A DNA stretch of 64,000 nt, from the NCBI GenBank assembly GCA_963700145.1, contig OY969474.1:2656001-2720000 (forward strand), given 5' to 3'. Shown here one piece after another: positions 47,245 through 58,397 of this stretch. The notes under the pieces were generated by a model. It saw nothing but the letters and a program-made list of their open reading frames with translations, was not told the DNA's origin and searched no databases. Position numbers and translations under genes: made by a program. Each line of letters starts with the position of its first letter. The first letter of the stretch is position 1. Source of the stretch: an uncultured Acidobacteriota bacterium (lineage in GTDB: Bacteria > Acidobacteriota > Thermoanaerobaculia > Multivoradales > UBA5704).

Positions 47245-50200
47245 ATGCGACGAAGTCGGAGGCTTTTCGACCGCAGTCTGTTCGTCCTCGTTCTGTTCGC
47301 CCTGCCGGTTCCCGCCCTCGCCTGGAAGCCGTACACCCACAACACCTCGGCGTTCGAGGCCTACAGCGACGCGACCGACGGCACCATCACCATCAACGGC
47401 CGCGACTACCCGGTGCTGGCGACCGACCTGGTGACGGCCCTGCAGCTGTACCCGCAGTTCTACAACGCCGGCGTCATCGGCCCCGACGGCTTCCCCGACC
47501 TGACCTACGGCCAGTCGGTGATCCACCCCGGCTCGTCCATGCCCGGGGCGGGGCACACCGGCGCCTGGCTGCGGCTCCTGCTCGCCGCCGCGCAGCAGGC
47601 GCGGGCGGGCAACGACCCGCAGAAGCTGCAGATCCTCGCCTTCACCTACGGCTTCTTGACCCACGCCGCCGGCGACCTCTGGGGGCACACCTTCATCAAC
47701 GACTTCGCGCGCGGCGTCTTTCCCGGGGTGGGCGAGATCCTCACCGACACCGACGACGCGGGCATCGCGCTGCGGCACATCGTCGCCGAGGGCTACGTCG
47801 GCGACGCCACGCCGAACTTCGACGGCGACCGCGACGCGCGGACGCCGGCGCCACGGCCCCCCTACGTCGCCGCGCTCTGCCCGGCGGGCGACCTCGGCTG
47901 CGACGTCAGCGACGACAGCACGCCGGGCATGAGCTACGACGCCCCGCACGCCTTCATCTACGACACGCTGATCGACAACGCCGGCACCCCCGCCTCGGGG
48001 CGCGGGCCGCTCATCGACTTCTTCCTCGAGCTGCGGGCGGACCTCGAGGCCTTCCGCGCCTCCGACCCCGACCCCGTCGGCGACGCCCTCGCCGCCTTCG
48101 ACGACCTGGAGGAGGCGCTCGACCAGGTCGAGAGCGACTGCAACTTCTCGTCGGTGGACGATGCCATCCATGACGCCGTCGCCTGCCCGATCGCCCTCGC
48201 CGAGTTCGGCTTCGACGTGGCGATCGACAGCGCCAGTGCCTTCGCGGCCTTCGCCAGCGGCGCCCTCGAGGAGCTGGCGCAGGCGGTGCTCGACGCCTAC
48301 ATCGCGGCCTGGATCGACGACATCACCGCCGGCCTGCAGCGCTGGAGCGAGCTGGGCCTCGCCCTGAGCAAGGCGCTCTTCGACCCGGACACCCGGCGGG
48401 CGCTGCAGAACGACGACTGCGCCTCCCTCGGCGACGAGGACGGGATCCTGCGCGCCAACTGCGAGGACGCCAAGGGGATGCTGGACGTCGTCCTCGACTC
48501 GATCAACCCGTTCATCAACGCCCACCTGCTCAGCATGATGGGCTTCCCTGACCTGGTCGGCGACATCAAGGCGGCGGTCGAGGAGATCCTCGCCGTCGTC
48601 GACGACATCATGGCCACGGTGCTCGGGCCGTTCAACCCGATCCGCGCCGGGCTGGCCACCGTCACCGAGTTCATCAAGGACGGGATCAAGGCGGCGATCA
48701 GCGAGGTGCTGGGGGTCGACATCGACGCCCTGCAGAGCTTCCTCACCGAGCCCAGCCGCTGGGTCTGCCTCGACAGCACGGTCTTCGACTTCCCGCAGCC
48801 TCTCGGCCAGCAGACGGTCAGCCTCTTCCCCGCCGGCGAGCACGACCGGCTCGACGGCCTGCTGTCGCTGCCGGCCGGCCACCACGTCCCCGAGCCCAGC
48901 CTGCCGGACGGCTGCGGCCGCCTCGAGGACGACGCCGAGCTCAGCTTCGCCAGCATGGCGGCGCTGCGCAACACCGTCACCACCGCCAAGCTCCTGCTGC
49001 TCGACGGGCCGGAGCTCAACCAGGTGCTGAGCGATCTGCTGCGCGGCCGCACGATCGGCCAGTACGGCGCCGGGACCAACCTCATGGTGCAGGCGCTGAC
49101 CCAGAGCGACGAGTGGCTGCGCTCGATCGACGGCGACCACGCCTGGCGGGAGGACGGCCTGCCGCGCTTCTGCGACCAGGGGGGCGACTGCCCCGGCGAC
49201 GCCGAGACACGCTCGGCGGAGCTCAACGGCGGCGCCGGCAACTTCCCGCTCTGGGAGAGCTGCGTCCTGCGTCCCGCCTTCCGGCAGCTCTTCGTCGACT
49301 GGGAAGGGGACGGCTTCCCCGACCTCGAGGACGAGGTCTCCGCCGACTCGCTCAACGACCCGCAGGCGCCGGCGAGCACGCTCGCGCTCTCCGGCACCAG
49401 CTTCCCCCCCGGCGCCGACGGCTCCGGCGTGCGCACCTACGTCGCCGCCGACCACCTGCTGACGCAGTCGGCGCACGACGCGCCGGCGGGGCTCGCCTAC
49501 CAGGACGACGAGCTGGCGCTGCGCCGCCGGGTCTATGCCAACAACATGCCGCCGGGCGCCTTCGCGGCGGTGAGCCAGAACAGCACCTTCACCCTCGCGG
49601 GAGCGGACGGCGTCTACGTCGTCGAGTACCAGTCCGCCGACAACTGCCACGGCTTCGACGACCAGCCCGCCGACTCCGAGGGCCTGCAGACGCGGACCTA
49701 CACCCTCGACACGGCGCCGCCGGTCGTCACCTGCAAGACCCCGCCCTTCGCCCTGGAGTGGGACACCGACGACGCGCCGCCGGTCGACTACGACATCGAC
49801 GACGGCATCGACGGCTCCGGCATCGCCAGCGAGTCCTCGACCGTCGACGGCTACCAGGGCCTGCCCGGGGTGGTGCCCACCGCCGACGGGGCGACGATGG
49901 ACCTCTTCTTCTTCTATCCCGGGACGCGGCGGGTGGTCGTCTCCTCCGCCGACAACCTGGGCAACGCCGGCGTCACCACCTGCAGCTTCGAGCTGCACGC
50001 CACGCCGGGGAGCCTGCTCGCCAACGTCAACCGGGCCGAGACGCTCGGCCTGATCGCCAACCACGGCGTCGCCCAGTCGCTGCGGCAGAAGCTGGAGCAG
50101 GTCCAGCGGCTGCACGGGCGAGAGCAGCACGCGACCGAGCACAACGTGCTCCGGGCCTTCGTCAACGAGCTCCTGGCGCAGCGCGGCAAGAAGGTGGACG

Positions 50201-50259
50201 CCTCGACCGCCGACCGGTTCATCGCCTTCGCGCTCGACCGCATTTCTCTGGGGAGATAA
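47245..50259 (+). CDS. Secreted Zn-dependent phospholipase C/P1-fold multidomain protein with C-terminal FIMAH-like domain
   Basis: Signal peptide ending ALA, mature W-K-P-Y-T-H, GPDGFPD, HAAGDLWGH, HIVAE; Ig-like DTAPPVV; terminal helical bundle. Confidence 0.75.
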   Translation: MRRSRRLFDRSLFVLVLFALPVPALAWKPYTHNTSAFEAYSDATDGTITINGRDYPVLATDLVTALQLYPQFYNAGVIGPDGFPDLTYGQSVIHPGSSMPGAGHTGAWLRLLLAAAQQARAGNDPQKLQILAFTYGFLTHAAGDLWGHTFINDFARGVFPGVGEILTDTDDAGIALRHIVAEGYVGDATPNFDGDRDARTPAPRPPYVAALCPAGDLGCDVSDDSTPGMSYDAPHAFIYDTLIDNAGTPASGRGPLIDFFLELRADLEAFRASDPDPVGDALAAFDDLEEALDQVESDCNFSSVDDAIHDAVACPIALAEFGFDVAIDSASAFAAFASGALEELAQAVLDAYIAAWIDDITAGLQRWSELGLALSKALFDPDTRRALQNDDCASLGDEDGILRANCEDAKGMLDVVLDSINPFINAHLLSMMGFPDLVGDIKAAVEEILAVVDDIMATVLGPFNPIRAGLATVTEFIKDGIKAAISEVLGVDIDALQSFLTEPSRWVCLDSTVFDFPQPLGQQTVSLFPAGEHDRLDGLLSLPAGHHVPEPSLPDGCGRLEDDAELSFASMAALRNTVTTAKLLLLDGPELNQVLSDLLRGRTIGQYGAGTNLMVQALTQSDEWLRSIDGDHAWREDGLPRFCDQGGDCPGDAETRSAELNGGAGNFPLWESCVLRPAFRQLFVDWEGDGFPDLEDEVSADSLNDPQAPASTLALSGTSFPPGADGSGVRTYVAADHLLTQSAHDAPAGLAYQDDELALRRRVYANNMPPGAFAAVSQNSTFTLAGADGVYVVEYQSADNCHGFDDQPADSEGLQTRTYTLDTAPPVVTCKTPPFALEWDTDDAPPVDYDIDDGIDGSGIASESSTVDGYQGLPGVVPTADGATMDLFFFYPGTRRVVVSSADNLGNAGVTTCSFELHATPGSLLANVNRAETLGLIANHGVAQSLRQKLEQVQRLHGREQHATEHNVLRAFVNELLAQRGKKVDASTADRFIAFALDRISLGR

Positions 50260-50261
50260 CG

Positions 50262-50837
50262 ATGAGAACCACGATCGCCACGACATTCGCCACTGCCCTG
50301 TTGCTCACCGCGGCGGCCGCCGCCGCGCACCAGCCGGCCGCCGGCGCCGCGGAGCCCGCGGCGAGCAACCCCTGGAAGGAGGCCCGCCGGCCGGCCCTCG
50401 AGGCCTACGACGCCGACGGCGACGGGCGGCTCGACGACGACGAGAAGGAGGCCATGCGCGCCGCCCGCCAGGCGCGGATGGAAGAGGTGAGGGCGCGCGT
50501 CTACGCCCGCTTCGACGCGGACGGCGACGGCGTGCTGGACGACGACGAGAAGGAGGCCCTGCGCGAAGAGCAGCAGGAGCGGAAGGAGGCCCGGGAGGCC
50601 ATCCGCGAGAAGCTCGCGCAGGGCGCCCTCGCCCGCTTCGACGCCGACGGCGACGGCGAGCTCGACGAGACCGAGCGCAAGGCGATGGCGGAGAGCCGCG
50701 CCGCGAGCTCCCGACGGCTCAAGCAGAAGACCCTGGCGCTCTTCGACACCAACGGCGACGGCGTCCTCGACGACACCGAGAAGGCCGCCAAGCGCCAGAA
50801 GGCGAAGAAGGCCCACAAGAGGAAGGGCCGCGGGTAG
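50262..50837 (+). CDS. Secreted EF-hand repeat protein
   Basis: Signal peptide; four loops DADGDGxLDxxE / DTNGDGVLDDTE. Confidence 0.85.
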   Translation: MRTTIATTFATALLLTAAAAAAHQPAAGAAEPAASNPWKEARRPALEAYDADGDGRLDDDEKEAMRAARQARMEEVRARVYARFDADGDGVLDDDEKEALREEQQERKEAREAIREKLAQGALARFDADGDGELDETERKAMAESRAASSRRLKQKTLALFDTNGDGVLDDTEKAAKRQKAKKAHKRKGRG

Positions 50838-50842
50838 CGGGG

Positions 50843-52039
50843 CTAGAGCGAAGACCAGCCGTAGACCGTCACCCCGCGCCGCCGGAAGCTGCGCTCTCCG
50901 CCGTAGACGAGGGCCGCCGGCGCCGCGGGGTCGCCCACCAGCTTGCGCCAGAAGTCGATCCCCGCGAAGAAGTCGTCTGCCACCGTCTCGGCGGACTTGG
51001 TCTCGACCGCCACCAGCTCCCGCCCCTGCTCCAGCAACGCGTCGATCTCGTGGCCGGTCGAGTCGCGCCAGAAGTAGAGGTCCGGCTCGCGGCCCTGGTG
51101 GAGCGCGTTCTTGAGCAGCTCCGAGAGCACGAAGCTCTCGAAGACCGGGCCGCGGCTGGCGTGGGCGCGGAGGTCGTCGGGGGAGCGGACGCGCAGCAGG
51201 TAGCAGAGCAGGCCGCTGTCGAGGAAGTAGAGCTTGGGAGTCTTGATCAGGCGCTTGCCGAAGTTGGCGTGGTGCGGGCGCAGCAGGAGGACGAGGAAGC
51301 TGGCCTCCAGGATCGACAGCCAGCGGCGGGCGGTGGTGTGGGTGACGCCGCAGTCGTTGGCGAGGGAGACCAGGTTGAGGAGCTGGCCGTTGCGGCCGGC
51401 GCAGAGGCGCACGAAGCGGCCGAACGACTCGAGATCGCCGACGTTGACGATCTCCCGCACGTCGCGCTCGACGTAGGCCTGGTAATAGCCCGCGTACCAG
51501 CCCTGCGGATCGAGACCCTTGTCGTGGATCCGGGGGTAGAAGCCGCGATGGAGGGTTTCCAGCAGGCCGGCGGGGCGCTCGCGGCGGCCGGACGGCAGCT
51601 CGCGCCCGAGCTTCTCGAACGGCAAGGGGCGGCGCCCGTCGAGCTCGGCGAGCGAGAACGGCAGCAGGTGGAAGATCGCGCTCCGCCCGGCGAGCGACTG
51701 GCTGATCGAACGCAGGAGCAGGAAGTTCTGCGACCCGCTGACGACGAAACGCCCGGCCCTGTCCTCCTGGTCGACGATCGTCTGCACGTAGGAGAAAAGG
51801 TCCGGCACCCGCTGCGCCTCGTCGAGGATGACGGGGCCGGCGAACTGTCCGAGAAAGCCACGAGGGTCGTCGCGCGCGAAGGCGCGCACGTCGGGGTCTT
51901 CGAGGGAGGCGTAGTCGTGGTCGGGGAAGGCCGCCCGCACTAGCGTCGTCTTGCCCGACTGGCGGGGGCCGGTGACGGTGACCACGGGGTATTGCCGTGC
52001 GGCCTGCCGCAGGGGGGCTTCCAGGAGACGCCGGATCAT
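50843..52039 (-). CDS. AAA_14 ATPase with DUF4143 (nuclease-fold) domain
   Basis: GPRQSGKTT, LDEAQRVP, SGSQ, KLYFLDSGL, FWRD...EID...VETK. Confidence 0.92.
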   Translation of the reverse strand: MIRRLLEAPLRQAARQYPVVTVTGPRQSGKTTLVRAAFPDHDYASLEDPDVRAFARDDPRGFLGQFAGPVILDEAQRVPDLFSYVQTIVDQEDRAGRFVVSGSQNFLLLRSISQSLAGRSAIFHLLPFSLAELDGRRPLPFEKLGRELPSGRRERPAGLLETLHRGFYPRIHDKGLDPQGWYAGYYQAYVERDVREIVNVGDLESFGRFVRLCAGRNGQLLNLVSLANDCGVTHTTARRWLSILEASFLVLLLRPHHANFGKRLIKTPKLYFLDSGLLCYLLRVRSPDDLRAHASRGPVFESFVLSELLKNALHQGREPDLYFWRDSTGHEIDALLEQGRELVAVETKSAETVADDFFAGIDFWRKLVGDPAAPAALVYGGERSFRRRGVTVYGWSSL

Positions 52040-52048
52040 GCCTGGTAG

Positions 52049-52069
52049 ATTGAACTCCTGAAGTTCAAT
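52049..52069. promoter_or_regulatory. Palindromic operator candidate upstream of the AAA-DUF4143 gene
   Basis: attgaact-cctga-agttcaat, AT-rich in a GC-rich context. Confidence 0.5.
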
Positions 52070-52121
52070 TTGCAAGCCTACGGAGCGGTCAAGCCGCCCC
52101 TCTCGAGGTCGGAGTCGGGAC

Positions 52122-52469
52122 TCAGTCGTCGCAGCCGAGCGCGAAGGCGATGGCGGCGCAGACTTCGCGCAGGCGGCGCTCGGAGAGCTGGGCCAGGCGG
52201 GCGCCGAGCCCGTCCCGGGCCACCGTGACCAGGTTGAACAGGTTCACCGCGCAAGGCTGCTTCATCCCGTCTTCGGGTCCCAGCAGGACCTCCGAGGGAA
52301 CGCCGCGAATCGTCGAGGTGATGGGAGCCACCGTCACGCGCGCCAGGTAGGCGAGAGACGAACCACGCGTGAGGACCAGGACGGGCCGCGCTTTGTCCGG
52401 CGGCGGGAAGCGGTAGAGCCGGACCTCGCCGCGCTCTAGTCGTCCGGCCGCGCCGCGGCCCGCTCCCAC
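52122..52469 (-). CDS. PemK/MazF-family toxin; start uncertain
   Basis: RGEV...PPDKARPVLVLTR, VAPITSTIRG. Confidence 0.88.
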   Translation of the reverse strand: MGAGRGAAGRLERGEVRLYRFPPPDKARPVLVLTRGSSLAYLARVTVAPITSTIRGVPSEVLLGPEDGMKQPCAVNLFNLVTVARDGLGARLAQLSERRLREVCAAIAFALGCDD

Positions 52470-52675
52470 CGCGCGGCATCGTCGGCGCGGTCCGGGCGCC
52501 GCTCGTAGCCGCTGCGGTCCTGCGCCTCCTGCTCCAGCACCTTCAGCCGCCGGAGGTGCTCGCGCAAGGCCGCCCGCACGAGCTCGGAGCGGTTGACCCG
52601 CGCCGCCCGCGCCGCGCGATCCGCCTCGCGCAGCAGCTCCTCGTCCAGTACGACCTGCACCGTCACCGTGCTCAT
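52436..52675 (-). CDS. Ribbon-helix-helix antitoxin
   Basis: TVQVVLDEELL...NRSELVRAAL; overlaps the toxin. Confidence 0.85.
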   Translation of the reverse strand: MSTVTVQVVLDEELLREADRAARAARVNRSELVRAALREHLRRLKVLEQEAQDRSGYERRPDRADDAARWERAAARPDD

Positions 52676-52851
52676 GGTACGGAACCTATTCCACACAGGA
52701 CCCAGATGGGGCCTCGTCCTGCCCCCGCCAACTCCTCCTCAACCCTCTAGAGATATGCGCTTCCGTCGATGCGCCCCCTGGTGTACACTCCCGCCGACCT
52801 TTCGTCCTGACATTTTTTGGTAGGGGTCCGCCGAGCGAGAGGGATCGCCGT

Positions 52852-53979
52852 ATGCCGCCGACGCTGAACCAGCTCTTGAAGCAGATGGTGGAGCAAGGGG
52901 GGTCCGACCTCCACATCACCACCAACTCGCCGCCGCAGATCCGGGTGGACGGGGTCTTGAAGCCGCTGAACGTCCCGCCCCTGAACCCGACCGAGACCAA
53001 GCAGCTCTCCTACTCGATCCTCACCGACAACCAGAAGCACCGCCTCGAAGAGGACCTCGAGATCGACTTCTCCTTCGGCATCAAGGGGCTGGCGCGCTTC
53101 CGCGCCAACGTCTTCCACCAGCGCGGCGCAATCGCCGCCGCCTTCCGCCAGATCCCCTACGAGATCCGCGGCTTCCGCGAGCTCGGGCTGCCGGGGGTCA
53201 TCGAGCGGCTGTGCGAGAAGCCGCGCGGCCTCGTCCTGGTGACCGGCCCCACCGGCTCCGGCAAGTCGACGACCCTTGCCGCGATGATGGACAAGGTCAA
53301 CCGCGAGCGGCACGAGCACATCATCACCATCGAGGACCCGGTCGAGTACCTGCACAGCCACAAGAAGTGCATCGTCAACCAGCGCGAGCTGCACGCCGAC
53401 ACCCACAGCTTCTCGAACGCCCTGCGCTCGGCGCTGCGCGAGGACCCCGACGTCGTCTTGATCGGCGAGATGCGCGACCACGAGACCGTCGAGTCGGCGC
53501 TGCGCATCGCCGAGACCGGGCACCTGACCTTCGCCACCCTGCACACCAATTCGGCGGCGCAGACCATCAACCGGATCATCGACATCTTCCCCGCCCACCA
53601 GCAGGGGCAGATCCGCGTCCAGCTCAGCTTCGTGATCGAGGGGATCGTCTGCCAGTCGCTGCTGCCGCGCGCCGGCGGCAAGGGGCGCGTCCTGGCGATG
53701 GAGATCCTGGTGCCCAACCCCGCCATCCGCAACCTGATCCGCGAGGACAAGGTGCACCAGATCTACGGCATGATGCAGGCGGGGCAGGCCAAGCACGGCA
53801 TGCAGACGTTCAATCAATCGCTCGCCGCTCTCTACTTCAAGCGCATGATCACCCAGCAGACGGCGCTCGCGCGCTCGTCGCACCCCGACGAGCTGCAGGA
53901 GATCATCGCCCGCGGCCCCAGCGCCCTCAGCCCGGCGCTGGTCGGCGACGTGCGCGAGGTCCGCGAGGCGAGGAGCTAG
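52852..53979 (+). CDS. pilT: Type IV pilus retraction ATPase
   Basis: SDLHI, GPTGSGKSTT, TIEDPVE, TLHTN, AIRNLIRE, GMQT. Confidence 0.97.
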   Translation: MPPTLNQLLKQMVEQGGSDLHITTNSPPQIRVDGVLKPLNVPPLNPTETKQLSYSILTDNQKHRLEEDLEIDFSFGIKGLARFRANVFHQRGAIAAAFRQIPYEIRGFRELGLPGVIERLCEKPRGLVLVTGPTGSGKSTTLAAMMDKVNRERHEHIITIEDPVEYLHSHKKCIVNQRELHADTHSFSNALRSALREDPDVVLIGEMRDHETVESALRIAETGHLTFATLHTNSAAQTINRIIDIFPAHQQGQIRVQLSFVIEGIVCQSLLPRAGGKGRVLAMEILVPNPAIRNLIREDKVHQIYGMMQAGQAKHGMQTFNQSLAALYFKRMITQQTALARSSHPDELQEIIARGPSALSPALVGDVREVREARS

Positions 53980-53982
53980 CCG

Positions 53983-55188
53983 ATGCCCAACTTCGTGTGG
54001 AAGGGCCGCGCCCGCTCCGGCGCCCTGCAGGAGGGGCAGCTCCTGGCCGACTCGCGCGACGCCGCCGTCGCCACCCTGCGCCGGCAGCAGATCCAGATCC
54101 TCAACATCCGCGAGAAGGGCCGGGAGATCAAGCTCATCCCGCGCCTGCCGCGCGGCATCTCCGACAAGCGCGTCGCCATCTTCACCCGCCAGTTCTCGGT
54201 CATGCTCGACGCCGGGCTGCCGCTCGTCCAGTGCCTCGAGATCCTCGGCGAGCAGGAGGAGAACCAGAAGTTCCAGACGATCATCCAGCAGGTGCGCAGC
54301 GACGTCGAGTCGGGGTCGTCGCTGGCCGACGCCATGGCCAAGCACCCCAAGGCCTTCGACCGGCTCTACGTCAACATGGTGGCGGCGGGCGAGGCGGGCG
54401 GCATCCTCGACATCATCCTGCAGCGGCTGGCGACGTACATCGAAAAGGCCGTGCGGCTGAAGAACCAGGTCAAGTCGGCCCTCATCTACCCGGCCTCGGT
54501 CATCGTCATCGCCGCTTTCGTCGTCTTCATCATCCTGTGGAAGGTCATCCCGGTCTTCGCCTCGCTCTTCGCGGGCCTGGGCAGCGAGATGCCGTTCCTG
54601 ACCCGCGTCGTCATCGGCGCCAGCAACTTCATCGGCCGCTTCTTCATCCCCATGGGGCTGGTCCTCGGCGCCGCGGTCTTCATGGTCATGCGCTGGCACA
54701 AGACCCACCGCGGCGCCCGGGTGCTCGACGGCCTGATGCTCAAGATCCCGGTCATCGGCATGCTGCTGCGGAAGGTCGCGGTGGCCCGCTTCTGCCGCAC
54801 GCTCTCGACCCTGACCGCCTCCGGCGTGCCGATCCTCGACGGTCTCGAGATCACCGCCAAGACCTCCGGCAACGCGATCATCGAGGACGCGGTGATGGCG
54901 GTGCGCAAGGCGGTCGAGGAGGGCAAGACGATCAGCGACCCGCTGCGCGAGACCAAGGTCTTCCCGCCGATGGTGGTGCAGATGATCAACGTCGGCGAGC
55001 AGACCGGCGCCCTCGACCAGATGCTGTCGAAGATCGCCGAGTTCTACGAGGACGAGGTGGACACCGCGGTGACCGGCCTGATGAAGCTGATCGAGCCGAT
55101 CATGATCACCATCCTCGGGGCGATCATCGGCACCATCGTCACCGCCATGTACCTGCCCCTCTATTCGTTCCTCAAGGACATCGGGTAG
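53983..55188 (+). CDS. pilC: Type IV pilus platform protein (T2SS F family)
   Basis: FTRQFSVMLDAGLP, AGEAGG, GEQTGALD, LIEP, AMYLP. Confidence 0.95.
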   Translation: MPNFVWKGRARSGALQEGQLLADSRDAAVATLRRQQIQILNIREKGREIKLIPRLPRGISDKRVAIFTRQFSVMLDAGLPLVQCLEILGEQEENQKFQTIIQQVRSDVESGSSLADAMAKHPKAFDRLYVNMVAAGEAGGILDIILQRLATYIEKAVRLKNQVKSALIYPASVIVIAAFVVFIILWKVIPVFASLFAGLGSEMPFLTRVVIGASNFIGRFFIPMGLVLGAAVFMVMRWHKTHRGARVLDGLMLKIPVIGMLLRKVAVARFCRTLSTLTASGVPILDGLEITAKTSGNAIIEDAVMAVRKAVEEGKTISDPLRETKVFPPMVVQMINVGEQTGALDQMLSKIAEFYEDEVDTAVTGLMKLIEPIMITILGAIIGTIVTAMYLPLYSFLKDIG

Positions 55189-55192
55189 GGAG

Positions 55193-56958
55193 ACGAGTCA
55201 GCCCGCGCTCGCCCGCCAGCTCCGCTGGACCATCGCGATCCGCGTCGTCGCGATCGCCAGCGTGCTGCTGCCGTACGTCCTGCTCCAGCTCGCCTCGCCG
55301 CCGGTCGAGGGGTCGGCGGCGACGCCCCCCGCGCCGGAGGTGCAGGCGGCGCCCGGTCCGCCGGCCCCGGCGCCCGCCGCCGAGCCGCTGCTGCCGCCGC
55401 GCGTCGTCTACCTGGTGGCGGGGCTGACGTTCCTCGCCACCCTCGCCTACATCGCGCTGCTCCAGACCTTCCCGGGCCATTACACGCTCCAGGCCTACGC
55501 CCAGTTCGCCGGGGACCTCCTGCTCATCACCCTCCTCGTCTACTCGGTCGGCGGCATCGCCAACCCGTTCTCGCTCCTCTACCTGATCGTCATCGCGGTG
55601 GCCGCGACGCTGCTGCGCCGCCGCGCCGGGGTCATCGTCGCCTCGGCCGCCTACCTGCTCTACGCGCCGCTCGTCCTCGGGCTCTACTTCGGCTGGCTGC
55701 CGGCGCCGCCGCACGCCCCGGCCGAAACGGTCTCCGCCCTGCGCTTGGCCTACAACCTGGCGGTCCACTTCGTCGGCTTCTACGCCGTCGCCCTGCTGAC
55801 CTCCTACCTGGCGCGCAACGTGGCGCGCGCCGAGCAGGCGCTGGAGGAGAAGAGCGAGGACCTGGCCGACCTCCAGGTCGCCTACCGCGACGTCGTGCAG
55901 TCGATCGGCAGCGGCCTCGTCACCACCGACCTCGCGGGCACGATCACCAGCGCCAACCGCGCCGCGCTCGACATCCTCGGCGAGATCGTGGAGGGCGCCG
56001 ACCGCGAGCTGGTCGGCCTGCCGATCCACCGCACCCGCCTCTTCGACGAGGCGCGCTGGCGGGGGATCGCCGAAGCCGGCGTCGGCGAGGAGCAGATCCG
56101 CGCCGAGGTCGAGGTGCCGCACGGCGGCGAGGTCGCGACCTTCGGCTACAGCGTCGCGCAGCTCGCCGACGCCGCCGGCGACCACCGCGGCTACATCGTC
56201 GTCTTCCAGGACCTGACCCGCTGGCGGCGCCTGCAGGAGCAGGTGCGCCTCAAGGACCGGATGGCGGCGGTCGGCGAGCTGGCCGCCGGCCTGGCGCACG
56301 AGATCGGCAACCCGCTGGCCGCCATCTCCGGCTCGGTCCAGCTCCTCTCCGGCGCGGTCGGCGAGGGGCCCTCGGAGCGCAAGCTCGTCGAGATCCTGCT
56401 CAAGGAGAGCCGCCGGCTCGACCGCACGATCAAGGGCTTCCTGCGCTTCGCGCGGCCGCGCGAGCGGGTGAGCGTGTGCTTCGACATCGCGCGCCTGCTG
56501 TCGAACAACTTCGAGCTGCTCAGAAACAGCGACGAGGTCTCGCCGCGGCACCGGCTCAGCGTCGAGCTCGACCCGCCGTCGGCGAGCCTCCTGGCCGACC
56601 CCGACCAGGTGAGCCAGATCTTCTGGAACCTGGCCCGCAACGCGCTGCGCGCCATGCCCGACGGCGGCGAGCTGGCGGTCTCCGGGCGCCTGGCCGGCGA
56701 CCGCTACCGCCTGCAGGTGGCCGACACCGGGCGCGGGATGTCCGAGGAGGAGCGCGCCAACCTCTTCCACCCCTTCCAGTCCTTCTTCGACACCGGCACC
56801 GGCATCGGCATGGCGATCGTCTACCGCATCGTCGAGGAGCACGGCGGGCGGGTGGACGTCGAGAGCCACCCCGGCCGCGGCACGACGATCACCGTCGACC
56901 TGCCGGCGCTGGGGCAGGACGTGGCGGTGCCGGCCTCGCTCGCCGCCGAGGCGCGGCC

Positions 56959-56962
<4 letters not shown>
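55193..56962 (+). CDS. pilS: PilS-like sensor histidine kinase; first canonical start 55262, frame conserved-looking from 55193
   Basis: About 6 TM, PAS, AHEIGNPL, DTGRG, GTGIGM; follows pilC. Confidence 0.8.
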
Positions 56963-58371
<1,409 letters not shown>

Positions 58372-58397
58372 GGGTTTCCTCCCCTACCTTCAGCGCT

